DNA from: Candidatus Bathyarchaeota archaeon
GTDB taxonomy: Archaea > Thermoproteota > Bathyarchaeia > Bathyarchaeales > Bathycorpusculaceae
DNA length: 64,000 bases
Direction of reading: 5' to 3'
NCBI GenBank assembly: GCA_963707955.1
Contig: OY970176.1
Coordinates: 192,001 to 256,000, forward strand
The notes under the pieces are model-generated. The model ran no database searches. It worked only from the letters and a program-made list of their open reading frames with translations, and was not told where the DNA came from. Position 1 is the first letter of the stretch; each line of letters opens with the position of its first letter. The translations under genes and the position numbers were made by a program. Positions 10,564-20,973 of this stretch are shown piece by piece.

Positions 10564-12093
10564 ATGGAACCCTTCTCATGGTGGAACGACAAGCAACGAA
10601 CCCTGATGGAGGAAGCGAAAGCCTTCGCTGATCAGAGTCTGCCAAGGGGCGAAGAGGTTTTTTGGACTAAGGAATTCCCGCATGAACTGTTGAAAGAAGT
10701 TGCTCGGAAGGGATGGTTTGGGGTTGTCATTCCACCGGTGTACGGTGGCATGGGGACGGGAGTCACAGGCGCGAGCATAGTGACTGAAGAGCTTAGCAGA
10801 GTTTGCTCAGCTCTGTCAGAAGCATATGCCGTATCCATGTTCGGCGGCGTCGAACAACTTCTAACCTTTGGAACTGACGAGCAACGAAAAAAGTGGCTTC
10901 CTAGAATAGCCAGAGGCGATGTCATAGGCGCCGTCTGCATCACCGAGCCTTTTGTCGGCTCCGATGCTGCAGGGATAGAGACAACAGCTAAGCGCGAGGG
11001 AGACGGCTACATTTTAAACGGGAAAAAACGTTTCATAACAAACGCGGGACTAGCCGATGTCTACGTTGTCTACGCGAAGACCAGCGAAAAACCCGAAGAC
11101 AAGGCAAAGTACCAACACCTCACGGCCTTTCTTGTAGAAAAGAAAACGCCAGGTTTCTCCGTTGAGAAAATCAATGAACTATCCGGATGGTTTGGCCTTC
11201 CGAACGGGTTCTTAGACTTTAACAACGTCAAGGTTCCGGCTGGAAACTGCTTAGGACCCGAAGGAGCAGGGTGGAAAGTGATGATGGCCGGCTTGAATTT
11301 TGAACGAGTCGTTTTTTCGGCTGGCATGCTTGGTCCCATGAGAGAGTCGATACGCCATGCAGTTGCTTACACGCAGAGACGGATGCAGTTCGACAAACCA
11401 ACTATAGACATTCCATCAAACCAGTCCAAGGTTGCCGAGATGCTCTCTGGACTGTACACTTCGCGGTTGCTCGTCTATCACGCCGCTTACCTTCTGGACC
11501 AGCACAAGGAGGCAATGGTGGAGGCTGCAACCGCTAAAATGTTCACTTCAGACACGTTTGAGAAGCTCATCAGCAACGCTGTTCAGGTAATGGGAGGCGA
11601 CGGCTGGACGCGCTTCTACCCTGTGGAGAGCTATCTTCGAGATGCCAAAGTGAACCAGATCGGCGCTGGAACCAACGAGATCATGAGACTCGTGATCTTC
11701 CGAGGCGGGTTGAAAGCAATGGGCAAAGACCTCAAGATGCCGCGCAGACGTATTCACGGGAAGCTTGGAGTTCCAGTATCGACGGTTGAACCCTTGCCCA
11801 GAATGGAACCAAGCGAAGACGGCGTAATGAGAGTCTTGGCTGAAGACTACATGGTGAACCCCGGACTGTACATGGCGCGAGAAGACCTGAAAGAGAGACT
11901 CACAGAGACAAGCGACGAGAAATTCGACGAAATTCTGAAAAAACTTGAAACCAAGGGACTGGCGAAACTCTACCGTGACCAACGAAAGACGATTGCACTC
12001 GCAAAAGCGACCTACGACGGGTTGCGTGCCGCTGGGCCCTTAGAAAAGTACAAGTGGTTCCCAGACTGGCTTAGCAAAGAGCTAATCTTCTAA
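10564..12093 (+). CDS. Acyl-CoA dehydrogenase (isovaleryl-CoA-type catalytic layout) with a ~110-aa C-terminal extension
   Basis: ITEPFVGSDA, LNGKKRFITN, LNFER, R.QF, MGGDG, RDAK..QIGAGTNEI. Confidence 0.92.
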   Translation: MEPFSWWNDKQRTLMEEAKAFADQSLPRGEEVFWTKEFPHELLKEVARKGWFGVVIPPVYGGMGTGVTGASIVTEELSRVCSALSEAYAVSMFGGVEQLLTFGTDEQRKKWLPRIARGDVIGAVCITEPFVGSDAAGIETTAKREGDGYILNGKKRFITNAGLADVYVVYAKTSEKPEDKAKYQHLTAFLVEKKTPGFSVEKINELSGWFGLPNGFLDFNNVKVPAGNCLGPEGAGWKVMMAGLNFERVVFSAGMLGPMRESIRHAVAYTQRRMQFDKPTIDIPSNQSKVAEMLSGLYTSRLLVYHAAYLLDQHKEAMVEAATAKMFTSDTFEKLISNAVQVMGGDGWTRFYPVESYLRDAKVNQIGAGTNEIMRLVIFRGGLKAMGKDLKMPRRRIHGKLGVPVSTVEPLPRMEPSEDGVMRVLAEDYMVNPGLYMAREDLKERLTETSDEKFDEILKKLETKGLAKLYRDQRKTIALAKATYDGLRAAGPLEKYKWFPDWLSKELIF

Positions 12094-12206
12094 ACTATGC
12101 CGCCAAAATCGAAAACGCATCACCCTTCGACGCGAAGTAGAATGTTTTCAGGTTTCCAGCCTTTTTGCTAGGGCGGACTTATCGAGAGTGCCGAAAACCA
12201 GAGAAA

Positions 12207-12881
12207 TCACTTTCCAGCTTTTCCGTAAACGCGCGCGCTTGCGGTTTTTGACCTAAGGAGTTCAAGGGCAGCAGACTTTGCCCCGAGTTCCGCTCTTATC
12301 TTGTCATCTCCGCTTCCGATTATTATAACGTCGCCCTCGTTCAAACCCAGTTTTGAGAACGAAGTCAGAATATGCGGATCGCTTTTTGACAAGTCTTCGT
12401 CCGTGCCCGGCATAGCTAATCTGTTCTTGGTGAAGATTAGAGTAGTGGCTCCCTTGGCTCCGGCTACCATGGCAGCGTCTCTCTCCTCAACACCGTATTT
12501 TACGGAGTCTTTCATTCCTCTCACTCGAACTGCAACGTTGAAAGGGCCAACCGTTAAAGGCGTTGAGGGAATCTCTATTTGTTCGCTCACAAGAGTCCTC
12601 AAACGGGAAAGGAGTTTTCTTCCATCCGCAGACAACGAGATCCCTGATTTTGAAACATCAATCAACCCTTCATTCTTGAGATGCTTAACGAGAGTTCTGG
12701 TCTCACCTTCCCCCAAGTGGAGATCTTTTGAAAGCTTCAATCTGCCGACGCTCTTTTCTAGGCTGATCTCTTCCAAAGCCTTCAAAACGTGGGCCTCAGC
12801 AAACGAAGGAAAACGTCCAGGTGCGATTTTCGAGGAAACTCTGCTGACTATTTCAAGTATTTCCAATCGTGTTCTCCTCAC
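12207..12881 (-). CDS. wHTH plus DUF4443-like protein
   Basis: GR..LS..L.LGEG..RTL..L...GLI, then GVEERDAA...GA.GATTL. Confidence 0.75.
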   Translation of the reverse strand: MRRTRLEILEIVSRVSSKIAPGRFPSFAEAHVLKALEEISLEKSVGRLKLSKDLHLGEGETRTLVKHLKNEGLIDVSKSGISLSADGRKLLSRLRTLVSEQIEIPSTPLTVGPFNVAVRVRGMKDSVKYGVEERDAAMVAGAKGATTLIFTKNRLAMPGTDEDLSKSDPHILTSFSKLGLNEGDVIIIGSGDDKIRAELGAKSAALELLRSKTASARVYGKAGK

Positions 12882-12955
12882 GTTCAGGCTGTTATATGTT
12901 GGATATAGGAATTCTTAAGTATAAGCTGGATGGATAATCTAACCAAGACGGAAAC

Positions 12956-13504
12956 ATGAACACCGTCAAGATAGCCATCATTGCGGTATTCTGCGCGATA
13001 TCAATAGGGACGGACTATGCTATGTTCAGTCTGTGGAACATCAAACTTATGGACTTTATCGTCTTCGTCGGCGGTTTCTGCTTTGGACCAGTCGTAGGCG
13101 TTTTAATTGGAGTGATTTCTTGGACAGTTTATGGTACCCTAAACCCGCAGGGATTCGTGCTGCCAGTCTTGCTCGCAACGATGTTTTCGGAAACGATATA
13201 TGGGATTGCAGGTGGCTTATTGCGGAAAGGGTTAACCGGTCTCAAAGGCGAAACGTGGAAAGCAAGCGTGTTCTTTGCTTCTGTGGGTGCACTGCTGACT
13301 CTGATCTATGACGTTATCACCAACGTTGTGTTTGGATTAACCGCTGGCTGGAACGTTGTTTTTGCAGTTGTTGTCGGTTTCATTCCCTTTGGACTCCTGC
13401 ATGAAATTAGCAACTTGGTGTTCTTCGGAGTCGGCTCAGTTCCCGTAATCTCTGCGATTAACAAGGTCGTAGGAGGTGAGAGAAACGTCGGTCCTAAAGA
13501 ATAA
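12956..13504 (+). CDS. ECF transporter S component (probable cobalamin/corrinoid)
   Basis: About 6 TM helices, N(I/V)K.MD.IVF..G...G and H.ISN motifs. Coupled to a DUF4430 gene. Confidence 0.75.
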   Translation: MNTVKIAIIAVFCAISIGTDYAMFSLWNIKLMDFIVFVGGFCFGPVVGVLIGVISWTVYGTLNPQGFVLPVLLATMFSETIYGIAGGLLRKGLTGLKGETWKASVFFASVGALLTLIYDVITNVVFGLTAGWNVVFAVVVGFIPFGLLHEISNLVFFGVGSVPVISAINKVVGGERNVGPKE

Positions 13505-13937
13505 GTGGCAAATAGCCACTGTAGCTGTTCTATGCTGGGCATTGTCAACATCACTATTAGCAGGCTATTACTGGCTTCAGTACACTGATTTTATAAACAG
13601 AGTTGGCGGTGTGCCAATCTCCCTCAACATAGGCATAAATTACGGAAACTCCACAGTCTGGAGCAACAACACGAAAGAATTGACCGGGATGACCCTCTTC
13701 AAAGTCACAGAAGACATAACCAACGTTACGTATGACACGATGGCTGGATATGGCATTTACATAAAATCAATAAACAATGTGGCTGCTGCTGGCGTTTATG
13801 GATGGGTGTGGTGGTTATGGGGGAATAGCACAGGGTGGACGATGGGCCTCATTAGTTCAGGCGCGTATGCTGTCTCGCAAGGCGAGACATTCATGTGGTA
13901 CTATGAAAGTGGTTGGCCGCCAGCATCGCCTCCATAA
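13476..13937 (+). CDS. DUF4430 / transcobalamin-like membrane-anchored protein
   Basis: N-terminal TM, GINYGN, G.YI.SINNV, W.WW.W, and Y....G..F.WYY pattern. Confidence 0.75.
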   Translation: MRETSVLKNKWQIATVAVLCWALSTSLLAGYYWLQYTDFINRVGGVPISLNIGINYGNSTVWSNNTKELTGMTLFKVTEDITNVTYDTMAGYGIYIKSINNVAAAGVYGWVWWLWGNSTGWTMGLISSGAYAVSQGETFMWYYESGWPPASPP

Positions 13938-14087
13938 ACGATTGAAGAAGGCAATTTGAAAAATATATTGGTGTCCATGCTATGCGCAAACCGCACCCCT
14001 TGCTCCGGGGACATAAACTTCGGTTGCTCACAGAAAACCCACGTTGGCAAAACAGAAAAAGGGGTGTGCGCAGGATATCGCAGGGTG

Positions 14088-14396
14088 TGTCGGTATCTGG
14101 TAGACGACTTGATCATTCAGTTCTGTCAGAGATTGCGGAAACAAGACTTCATTTTGAAGGGTGAAACCTATTCTACTTGCCGGAAGGGTAAGCGTGAATG
14201 CTTGAATGATTCTTTGACTTGTGTTCTAGTCAGAAGTCTTGATCAGCTGTCTCGGAGTAAGGTTTCTCTTCCTTGAATTAGAGCCGGTGAACAGCAAGAA
14301 ATGGAGACTCTGATCGATGAAGAGGCTTTGCTGTTTGCTCAGTAATTGAGGAACGAAAGGAACACGTGGGTTCCTAGAATAGTGCGCCTAACCTGA
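14088..14396 (+). pseudogene. cas1: C-terminal remnant of a solo/casposase-like Cas1
   Basis: Reads CRYLVDDLIIQFCQRLRKQDF...KGKRECLND...P*IRAGEQQEMETLIDEEALLFAQ*LRNERNTWVPRI, with in-frame stops at 14274 and 14343. Recognised from memory of archaeal stand-alone Cas1 C-termini. Confidence 0.7.
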
Positions 14397-14636
14397 AAGA
14401 AAATAGTGTAGATATCTCCCGAAGTCCGTCTTCACATGACCGTTTTCTTCTAATAGAAAATGGGGGCAAACTGGCTTAAGAATCATGCTTCTAAACTGTT
14501 CAACGTGAAAGCGGTGAAATCAAAGAGTCAAACTGGTTTTTAAGTGTTGACAGAAGTATCTTCTACCGATTCTTATTCTGCTCGGATACTAACCAATAAC
14601 AGAGATCGATTGCAGGGCACTCTAACACCCGACTTT

Positions 14637-15386
14637 TTATTTCCATTTTGTCAGTATCTCTTCCCTGCGGAAAGTGGCTCTGCTAATGAAGAACAAAACC
14701 ACGTCGACTAGAAATAGGACTGCCGAGATGACTAGAAGGGTGAGAGCGTCGAGCGAGATGGATCCGATTTCCCCCAAGATGTATAGGCCCATGAACGGTA
14801 GCACAATCAGCCCTCCAAACTGCTGTGCTGCCCTGACGTCGGTGACCCTGGCCGAGAAGATGACATTCAGCTCAACACTGAGCAAGCATGCAAGGGGCGT
14901 GGCAAGAAGCAGAAAGACTGCCATCGTCCAGTTAGGATAGAAAAGATAGCCCAGCTGCTGGCGCGAAATTGTATCAATGAAGACCATGAAAACTGTAGCA
15001 CCCAAGAAGGTTGATGCAATCGTAGGCAGGAACGCGGCGAGGGACTTTCCCAGTAAGATCTCGCCGTCAGTCGTTGGCGTAGCCAGAAGGGGTTCCAGAC
15101 TCTTCTCCACCTTCTCGCCGACAATGCTATATGCAGCCATGCCAGTGGCCAGTGAGACCGTGCCTATCATGAAGAAAAAGAAGAACGCATTTACCAGAGG
15201 GGTCAGCTGTGCGTAGGAAACGCTTGTTGGATGCTCTTTCACGACCCACCAAATGATAGCTGGTAGGCCGAGTGAAATGCCAAGCGGAAAAGCGACCAGC
15301 GAGTAGAGGATGCTCTTCTTCTTCCTGAAAATGCTAAGGTCTTTCTTTGCAACCGTCCATACGTTCTCTAAGTCCATCTTTTTCAA
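14637..15386 (-). CDS. ABC-2 transporter permease
   Basis: SIVGEKVEKSLEPLLATP...EILLGK motif, about 6 TM. Confidence 0.9.
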   Translation of the reverse strand: MKKMDLENVWTVAKKDLSIFRKKKSILYSLVAFPLGISLGLPAIIWWVVKEHPTSVSYAQLTPLVNAFFFFFMIGTVSLATGMAAYSIVGEKVEKSLEPLLATPTTDGEILLGKSLAAFLPTIASTFLGATVFMVFIDTISRQQLGYLFYPNWTMAVFLLLATPLACLLSVELNVIFSARVTDVRAAQQFGGLIVLPFMGLYILGEIGSISLDALTLLVISAVLFLVDVVLFFISRATFRREEILTKWK

Positions 15387-16306
15387 CTCCTGACCAATTT
15401 CAAATACACATCCTCTAAAGTTGGGCTGGCCTCAGTAACGAACTGGACACGACCACCCACACCGTAAATAGCGTCCACAATGTCGGGATTCTCCTTTTCA
15501 GGATTGCTCACATTGATGACAAGTTTGTTATCCACTATCTCCATATTTCTCAGTCCAAGTTTCTTCACAGCCGCCACAATTACATCGTTAACACGTTCAA
15601 GCTGAATCACAGTTTTCCTTCCCCACAATGATTCCCTCAGCTCTTCGGGACTGCCCACCGCCAGCAGCTTGGTTTTCAATATTCCTACTCTATCGCAGAT
15701 TTTCTCCGCTTCGTCTAGAAGATGAGTGTTGAGAAAAATAGTTCTTTTTTCTTTTTTAAGCTCAAGAATAAAATCTCTCACCATTTTTGAAGCTTCTGGG
15801 TCTAAGTTTGCCGTCGGCTCGTCCAAGAACAGGACCTTAGGGTCATGAATAAGGGCACGGGCTATTGCAAGTTTTTGCTTCATCCCTTTGGAAAAGGTCC
15901 CTGCCGAGACGTTCCTCTTGTCCCAAAGCCCAAGCATCCTGAGGAAATGCTCGATTCTTTCTCTCCTCTGCTCTTCGGTAAGCTTGTATAGTCGCCCATA
16001 AAAATCGAGATTCTTATAAGCACTCAGCTCCTCATATAGACCGACGTTTTCAGGCAGCAACCCTATAATTCTTCTGACCTTCTGTGAATCAGCACGGTTT
16101 CCGATTTCATAATCACCAATCCTAGCTTTTCCACTGGTTTTGGATATCAGGCAACAAAGCATTCTGATTGTAGTGGTTTTTCCCGCACCGTTTGGTCCAA
16201 GAAAACCGAAAACCTCACCCTCATCAACATGCAAAGTCAAGTCTTCCACCGCAATGAGACTGCCAAATCTCCTAGTCAGATTTTCAGCATCAATCACTAT
16301 GGTCAC
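15383..16306 (-). CDS. ABC transporter ATP-binding protein
   Basis: GPNGAGKTT, FSKGMKQK, LFLDEPT, THLL. Confidence 0.95.
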   Translation of the reverse strand: MTIVIDAENLTRRFGSLIAVEDLTLHVDEGEVFGFLGPNGAGKTTTIRMLCCLISKTSGKARIGDYEIGNRADSQKVRRIIGLLPENVGLYEELSAYKNLDFYGRLYKLTEEQRRERIEHFLRMLGLWDKRNVSAGTFSKGMKQKLAIARALIHDPKVLFLDEPTANLDPEASKMVRDFILELKKEKRTIFLNTHLLDEAEKICDRVGILKTKLLAVGSPEELRESLWGRKTVIQLERVNDVIVAAVKKLGLRNMEIVDNKLVINVSNPEKENPDIVDAIYGVGGRVQFVTEASPTLEDVYLKLVRS

Positions 16307-16416
16307 CAAAATGATTAGGCTGTTGCAATGTAGTCTCAACGAATCTTAAGTGGTTATTGAGCGTTATTTTGTTTTTCGCCATTGGACAAGACCTACCGAA
16401 AAAACTACGATTTCTG

Positions 16417-16441
16417 GTTCAGCTATAACTTTTCTGCAAAG
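16417..16441. repeat. Copy 1 of a ~25-bp inter-gene motif (TTC(A/G)(G/A)CTAT(A/G)ACT(T/A)T...G(C/T)AAA)
   Basis: GTTCAGCTATAACTTTTCTGCAAAG. Related copies at 17076-17100 and 18066-18091. Confidence 0.6.
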
Positions 16442-16509
16442 CCTAGGTCTGTGGGTTTGTACTTAGATTTATATGTAAACCCCCTAACAGCAATAATGAG
16501 GAGTTAAAC

Positions 16510-17055
16510 TTGAAGATACTGGGGATATGTGGTAGTCCGAGGAAGGGGAATACTGAATGGTTGATGAGAGAGTTGATGCGGGCAACCGAGAAACGTGGTG
16601 GCAAAACCGAGTTGTTTACGCTCAGAGATAGGAACATCAAGATGTGTGACGGCTGTTTAGTATGCGAAAAGACAAACACATGCCACATAAAAGATGATAT
16701 GAAGGGAATCTACGACAAGATACTGTCTGCTGACGCTGTTGTGCTTGGCTCTCCAACCTACATGGACGCTCCTACGGCGTTAGCCATGAACTTTATCCAT
16801 CGTATGTATCCTCTCTATGGCAAAATCAAAGGAAAACGATTTGCGAGTATAGTAGTGGGGCAAGTCGGTGGACAAGAAGGTATAACCTCCAGAGGAAAAG
16901 TCGAAGACTACTTTAAAGCGATTGCTGGGTTGTTCGAATTAGACCACGTAGGGTCACTAAGTGTAGCCGCTCGAGACCCTAATGACGCCTCAAAAATCAC
17001 CGACATTGCAGAACAATTCGAAAACCTTGCTACAAAAATCTTGAATCACTCATGA
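16510..17055 (+). CDS. Flavodoxin family / iron-sulfur flavoprotein
   Basis: GSPRKGNT, CDGCLVC...C.IKDDM, LGSPTY. Confidence 0.9.
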   Translation: MKILGICGSPRKGNTEWLMRELMRATEKRGGKTELFTLRDRNIKMCDGCLVCEKTNTCHIKDDMKGIYDKILSADAVVLGSPTYMDAPTALAMNFIHRMYPLYGKIKGKRFASIVVGQVGGQEGITSRGKVEDYFKAIAGLFELDHVGSLSVAARDPNDASKITDIAEQFENLATKILNHS

Positions 17056-17075
17056 CCAATTGCTAGTCTTTGGCT

Positions 17076-17100
17076 GTTCAACTATAACTATCCGTAAAAT
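17076..17100. repeat. Copy 2 of the ~25-bp inter-gene motif
   Basis: GTTCAACTATAACTATCCGTAAAAT, 20 bp after the flavodoxin stop codon. Confidence 0.55.
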
Positions 17101-17161
17101 CAAGAACTGGCTTAGAAGGACAGATAGAGGATGCTTCTATCGTTTTTTCGATATTTCTAAA

Positions 17162-17504
17162 CTAGCCAACCGTATTCCATATTGACTCCGTAAATGTTGT
17201 GTAGTCTATCAGCTTGTGGAATTCCGTGTGAATCTCCATCATCGCTTTGTATTTCATCATTTTTTGCATTAACCTTATCCAGCTCTTCTAGGCTCCTGCA
17301 TTCCCACATTTCAACATATGAACCAGCTACTCCACCGTATTCTCGCTGGAAGAGCCGCCAAGATTTCAGTCCTTCAAAAGCTTTCGGGTTCTCCTTTTTG
17401 AATTTGAGGAATCTTTTGATCAGTATCTGAAATTCTGTTCGCTCTTCGTATTTGACCACGTATGTCAAGACAAAGACGATATTCATGTTTCTATTCGCCT
17501 TCAA
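17162..17504 (-). CDS. Small hypothetical protein (dimeric alpha/beta barrel-like), homopolymer frameshift near 17262
   Basis: ORF 17157..17504. Removing one A from the A6 run gives ...NAKMMKYKAMMEIHTEFHKLIDYTTFTESIWNTVG* ending at 17162. Confidence 0.55.
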
Positions 17505-18036
17505 CGATTTTTGTCAGTATTTTTGGTTCTTTCCATTCTTCCCTGAGAATACTATAGAGATAGGCATCTCTCAGTTCTCCTCTCATGAAGAAGTTCTTAC
17601 GAAGTGTACCTTCCTTCTTGAAGCCAACTTTTTCTAAGACCCTCTGAGAGGCTATATTTCTCGGGTCAGTATGGGCTTGAATACGTGCTATGTCTTTAGA
17701 AAGAAACAAGTAATCTACCATAATCTTGACAGCTTCAGAGCAGTAGCCCTTCCCTCTCTCACTCGGCACCAAACTATAGCCTATTTCCAGTTGCTTACCT
17801 GCAATGTGTAGGACGTAAAAATGGGCTATGAAACCAGTTTTGCTTCCGTTTTTTTTCTCAATGATAAATGGCTCCAGTTCAAGAGGGTTCTCAAGCATCT
17901 TTTCTGCATCTGTTCTGGACATCTGATGCAGGGGATTATATTCACCAAAGACGTCAGGCTTGTTTACCCATTCTGCAAAAAGTGGCAAATCCTCTTTCTC
18001 CATAACCCTCAGATTCACTAGCATACCTTCAAGCAC
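17491..18036 (-). CDS. GNAT acetyltransferase, RimJ/RimL family (copy 1)
   Basis: LEIGYSL..SERGKGY..EA, N.ASQRVLEKVGFKKEG.LR. Confidence 0.9.
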   Translation of the reverse strand: MLEGMLVNLRVMEKEDLPLFAEWVNKPDVFGEYNPLHQMSRTDAEKMLENPLELEPFIIEKKNGSKTGFIAHFYVLHIAGKQLEIGYSLVPSERGKGYCSEAVKIMVDYLFLSKDIARIQAHTDPRNIASQRVLEKVGFKKEGTLRKNFFMRGELRDAYLYSILREEWKEPKILTKIVEGE

Positions 18037-18065
18037 TTTGAACACCAATCCACCTGATTGGGTTG

Positions 18066-18091
18066 TTTCGGCTATGACTTTTCCGCAAAAT
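18066..18091. repeat. Copy 3 of the ~25-bp inter-gene motif
   Basis: TTTCGGCTATGACTTTTCCGCAAAAT, upstream of GNAT copy 1. Confidence 0.55.
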
Positions 18092-18244
18092 CCCTTTTTT
18101 CTTTTTTGCAAAGATAAATTGAGCCAAACAACTGCGCCACAGACATTCCGTGAAGTCTCCTAAAAATGCGCGTGCTCTTATTTTTGAGAACGATAGATTG
18201 AAATCGCACCTTTAATCATTTAGAATTGTTGGACGTGGTGTAAG

Positions 18245-20947
18245 TTGAATTCTAAGCTTCCGGCCGAGCCAATTTTGGTCGGCAGGGACCAAGAAATCAA
18301 ACAGTTTACACAATACTTTGACTCTGCCATGAGGGGAAAAGGAGCCACCATATTCGCTTGTGGTGAGGCGGGAGTCGGAAAGACAAGACTGGTCAACGAA
18401 TTTCTGAACCAAGCAAAGAGAAAAGGAGCGAAAATTCTTCAGGGCTATTGCATGAGCGAGGTGGACATACCCTACTTTCCTTTTACGGAAGCATTTAACA
18501 CCTACATGTCAGCATTGAGCGATGAAAAGGCGAAATCCTCCGTGACAAAGCAGCTCGGAATTACAGGATGGCTGAGAGGGTCTGAAATCACACGTGAAGC
18601 GAAAGCAAGTGAACTCTTTTCAACTCCAGAAATAGAACGCGACAGAACGTTTGAGGCAGTGGCAAGAGTTCTCCTTCAGCTGTCCAATCAAGAACCATTA
18701 ATCCTGTTTCTGGATGACCTGCAGTGGGCAGACCACCTAAGCTTAGCTATACTTCACTACTTGGCAAGAAAGTGTAGAAACTCTCGGCTTCTCATCATCG
18801 GCACCTATAGACCAGAAGACCTTGTTCACACTAAAGAAGAGAAACTCCATCCACTAGAGGAAATCATGTTTTCAATGAGTCGAGAAGACCTGTTGGTTAA
18901 AATGGAGTTGAAATGCTTAAGGCGAAACGATTTCCCAGACTTTTTACGGTCAATCTTTCACTCTTCATTGGATGACGAATTCGTAGAAAAGCTGTATGAG
19001 GAAACTGAAGGCAACCCTTTTTTCGCGCTTGAAACGCTAAACCTCCTCGTAGAAGAAGGTTTCCTCTCAGAAAAAAAGGGTCGCTGGATGCTAATGGCTC
19101 CAACAGAAAAAATCGGAATACCTTCAAAGGTTCACGATGTCATCATTCGGAGAATCGCGAGACTCGAACGCGAAGAAAGAAAACTGTTGGACCTCGCCGC
19201 TGTCTGCGGTCATTCCTTCACTCCAGACACCCTAAGCAGAACCTTAGCCTTAGACATAGCCGATGTTCTGCAAGAACTGATGGAGATTGAACAGAGACAC
19301 CGACTAATACGCTCCACTGACACAACATTTGAATTCACACACCAAAAAATAAGAGAAGTCATATACTCAAACTTACCAGGCGAGTTAAGGAGAGTATACC
19401 ATCTCAAAACGGCAAATTGCCTCGAACAAGTCCTCACCGAAAAAACTTCAGACGGTTACATAGCTGAAATAGCCCTTCACTACGTCGAAGGAGGAGCTCC
19501 AGAGAAAGCGTTCGAATACCTTATCAAACTGGGCGAAAAGGCAGTGAACATCTCTGCCAACGCGCAGGCAATAGAACATCTGGAAAAGGCATTAGAAGCC
19601 ACACAGAAAAATATGAGCCTTGCCACAAACGAAAACCTTGCTAAAATCTACAAACTCAAAGGCAGAGCTTGGCTGAGTCATGGAGAAATGGCAAAAGCTA
19701 GCAACGATTTCAATTGGCTGCTACAAAATGCTACTTCCATCGGTGATGAATCAATGATTGCAGAAGCGCACTATTGGCTAGGTTGTGCTCTAACATGGCT
19801 AGGAAAAATAGATGAGGCTAAGCTACATCTTACAAGAGCATTAGAAATCGCGCGAAAGACGGGCAATAAACACGTAGAAGCCGGAAGTCTCCTTCACCTG
19901 GTCGAATCACTCTTTGTATACGCAGACACCATGGAAGAAGCTCACATGCAAATTGAAGAGTCGCTTAGAATATGTAGAGAGATAACTGACAGAGTCCTCG
20001 AAGCCGGGTGCCTCGCTTACCTCGGATTCTACTATGACTGGAAAGGCGAGTTCAATCGAGCCAAAGAAACCATCAATGAGGCGTTGGCGTTAGCTGAGAA
20101 AATGGACGACAATTACGGAAAAATGTGGGCATTATTGCTTTCGGGCATGGTTCACGCTGGTGAAGGGGAATACAATGATGCCATTTCGACCTTACAAAGA
20201 TGTCTCCAACTCTCCCGAGATTGGGGCATTGTTTTTTTCGTTCCGCGAGCCCTCAATGTCCTCGGTTGGATTTATCATGACTTAGAAAACATCGAATTTG
20301 CAACTAAATACAACAACGAAGGACTAAGAATTACCAGAACGCACCAAGAGAGTATGGGCTTATCCGGAGTGCAGCTAGCTTGTTTAGTAAATCTAGGAAT
20401 GGACTATCTACACAAGAACGATTATGGAAATGCAAAGAAGTACTTCCAAGAAGCAAACAGCGTGATTCATTTACATCCAATGGCTGAGTGGCGTTTCGAA
20501 ACTCGTATACTTCTAGGTCTCGGAGAAATATCACTCGCTGAGGGCGATTATTCACAAGCACTAAAATTCAGTGAAGACTCTTTAGCCATATCTGAAAAGG
20601 CAGGAGCCAAAAAATACATATCCAAAAGTTTGAAGTTAAAAGCTGAAACACTCGCAAAAATCGGCAACTCCGATGAAGCAATCGAACTGATGCAGAAAGC
20701 CTTAAAGGCGGCACAAGAGGTGGGCAACCCGCCCTTGCTTTGGCAAATACACTATAGCCTCGGTCTTTTACTTGAAAAAAGCGGAAGCTCACAGGCCAAT
20801 TACCACTATGCCGAAGCAATAACCCTCATAGAAGCAACAGCATCAAAAGTCAACGACCCATCCCTCAAAAACTCTCTCTTGAATGCCTCACTCACAAGTG
20901 CAATACGTGACGCTTATACCGAAACAAAACCGACTTCAGACACTTGA
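18245..20947 (+). CDS. STAND-class AAA ATPase with C-terminal TPR repeats
   Basis: LVGR, Walker A GEAGVGKTRL, Walker B LFLDDLQWAD, GNPFF, F.H..IRE..Y, then TPR helices. Confidence 0.92.
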   Translation: MNSKLPAEPILVGRDQEIKQFTQYFDSAMRGKGATIFACGEAGVGKTRLVNEFLNQAKRKGAKILQGYCMSEVDIPYFPFTEAFNTYMSALSDEKAKSSVTKQLGITGWLRGSEITREAKASELFSTPEIERDRTFEAVARVLLQLSNQEPLILFLDDLQWADHLSLAILHYLARKCRNSRLLIIGTYRPEDLVHTKEEKLHPLEEIMFSMSREDLLVKMELKCLRRNDFPDFLRSIFHSSLDDEFVEKLYEETEGNPFFALETLNLLVEEGFLSEKKGRWMLMAPTEKIGIPSKVHDVIIRRIARLEREERKLLDLAAVCGHSFTPDTLSRTLALDIADVLQELMEIEQRHRLIRSTDTTFEFTHQKIREVIYSNLPGELRRVYHLKTANCLEQVLTEKTSDGYIAEIALHYVEGGAPEKAFEYLIKLGEKAVNISANAQAIEHLEKALEATQKNMSLATNENLAKIYKLKGRAWLSHGEMAKASNDFNWLLQNATSIGDESMIAEAHYWLGCALTWLGKIDEAKLHLTRALEIARKTGNKHVEAGSLLHLVESLFVYADTMEEAHMQIEESLRICREITDRVLEAGCLAYLGFYYDWKGEFNRAKETINEALALAEKMDDNYGKMWALLLSGMVHAGEGEYNDAISTLQRCLQLSRDWGIVFFVPRALNVLGWIYHDLENIEFATKYNNEGLRITRTHQESMGLSGVQLACLVNLGMDYLHKNDYGNAKKYFQEANSVIHLHPMAEWRFETRILLGLGEISLAEGDYSQALKFSEDSLAISEKAGAKKYISKSLKLKAETLAKIGNSDEAIELMQKALKAAQEVGNPPLLWQIHYSLGLLLEKSGSSQANYHYAEAITLIEATASKVNDPSLKNSLLNASLTSAIRDAYTETKPTSDT

Positions 20948-20973
20948 GGAAAAGCGACCCCAAATCTGCAGGG

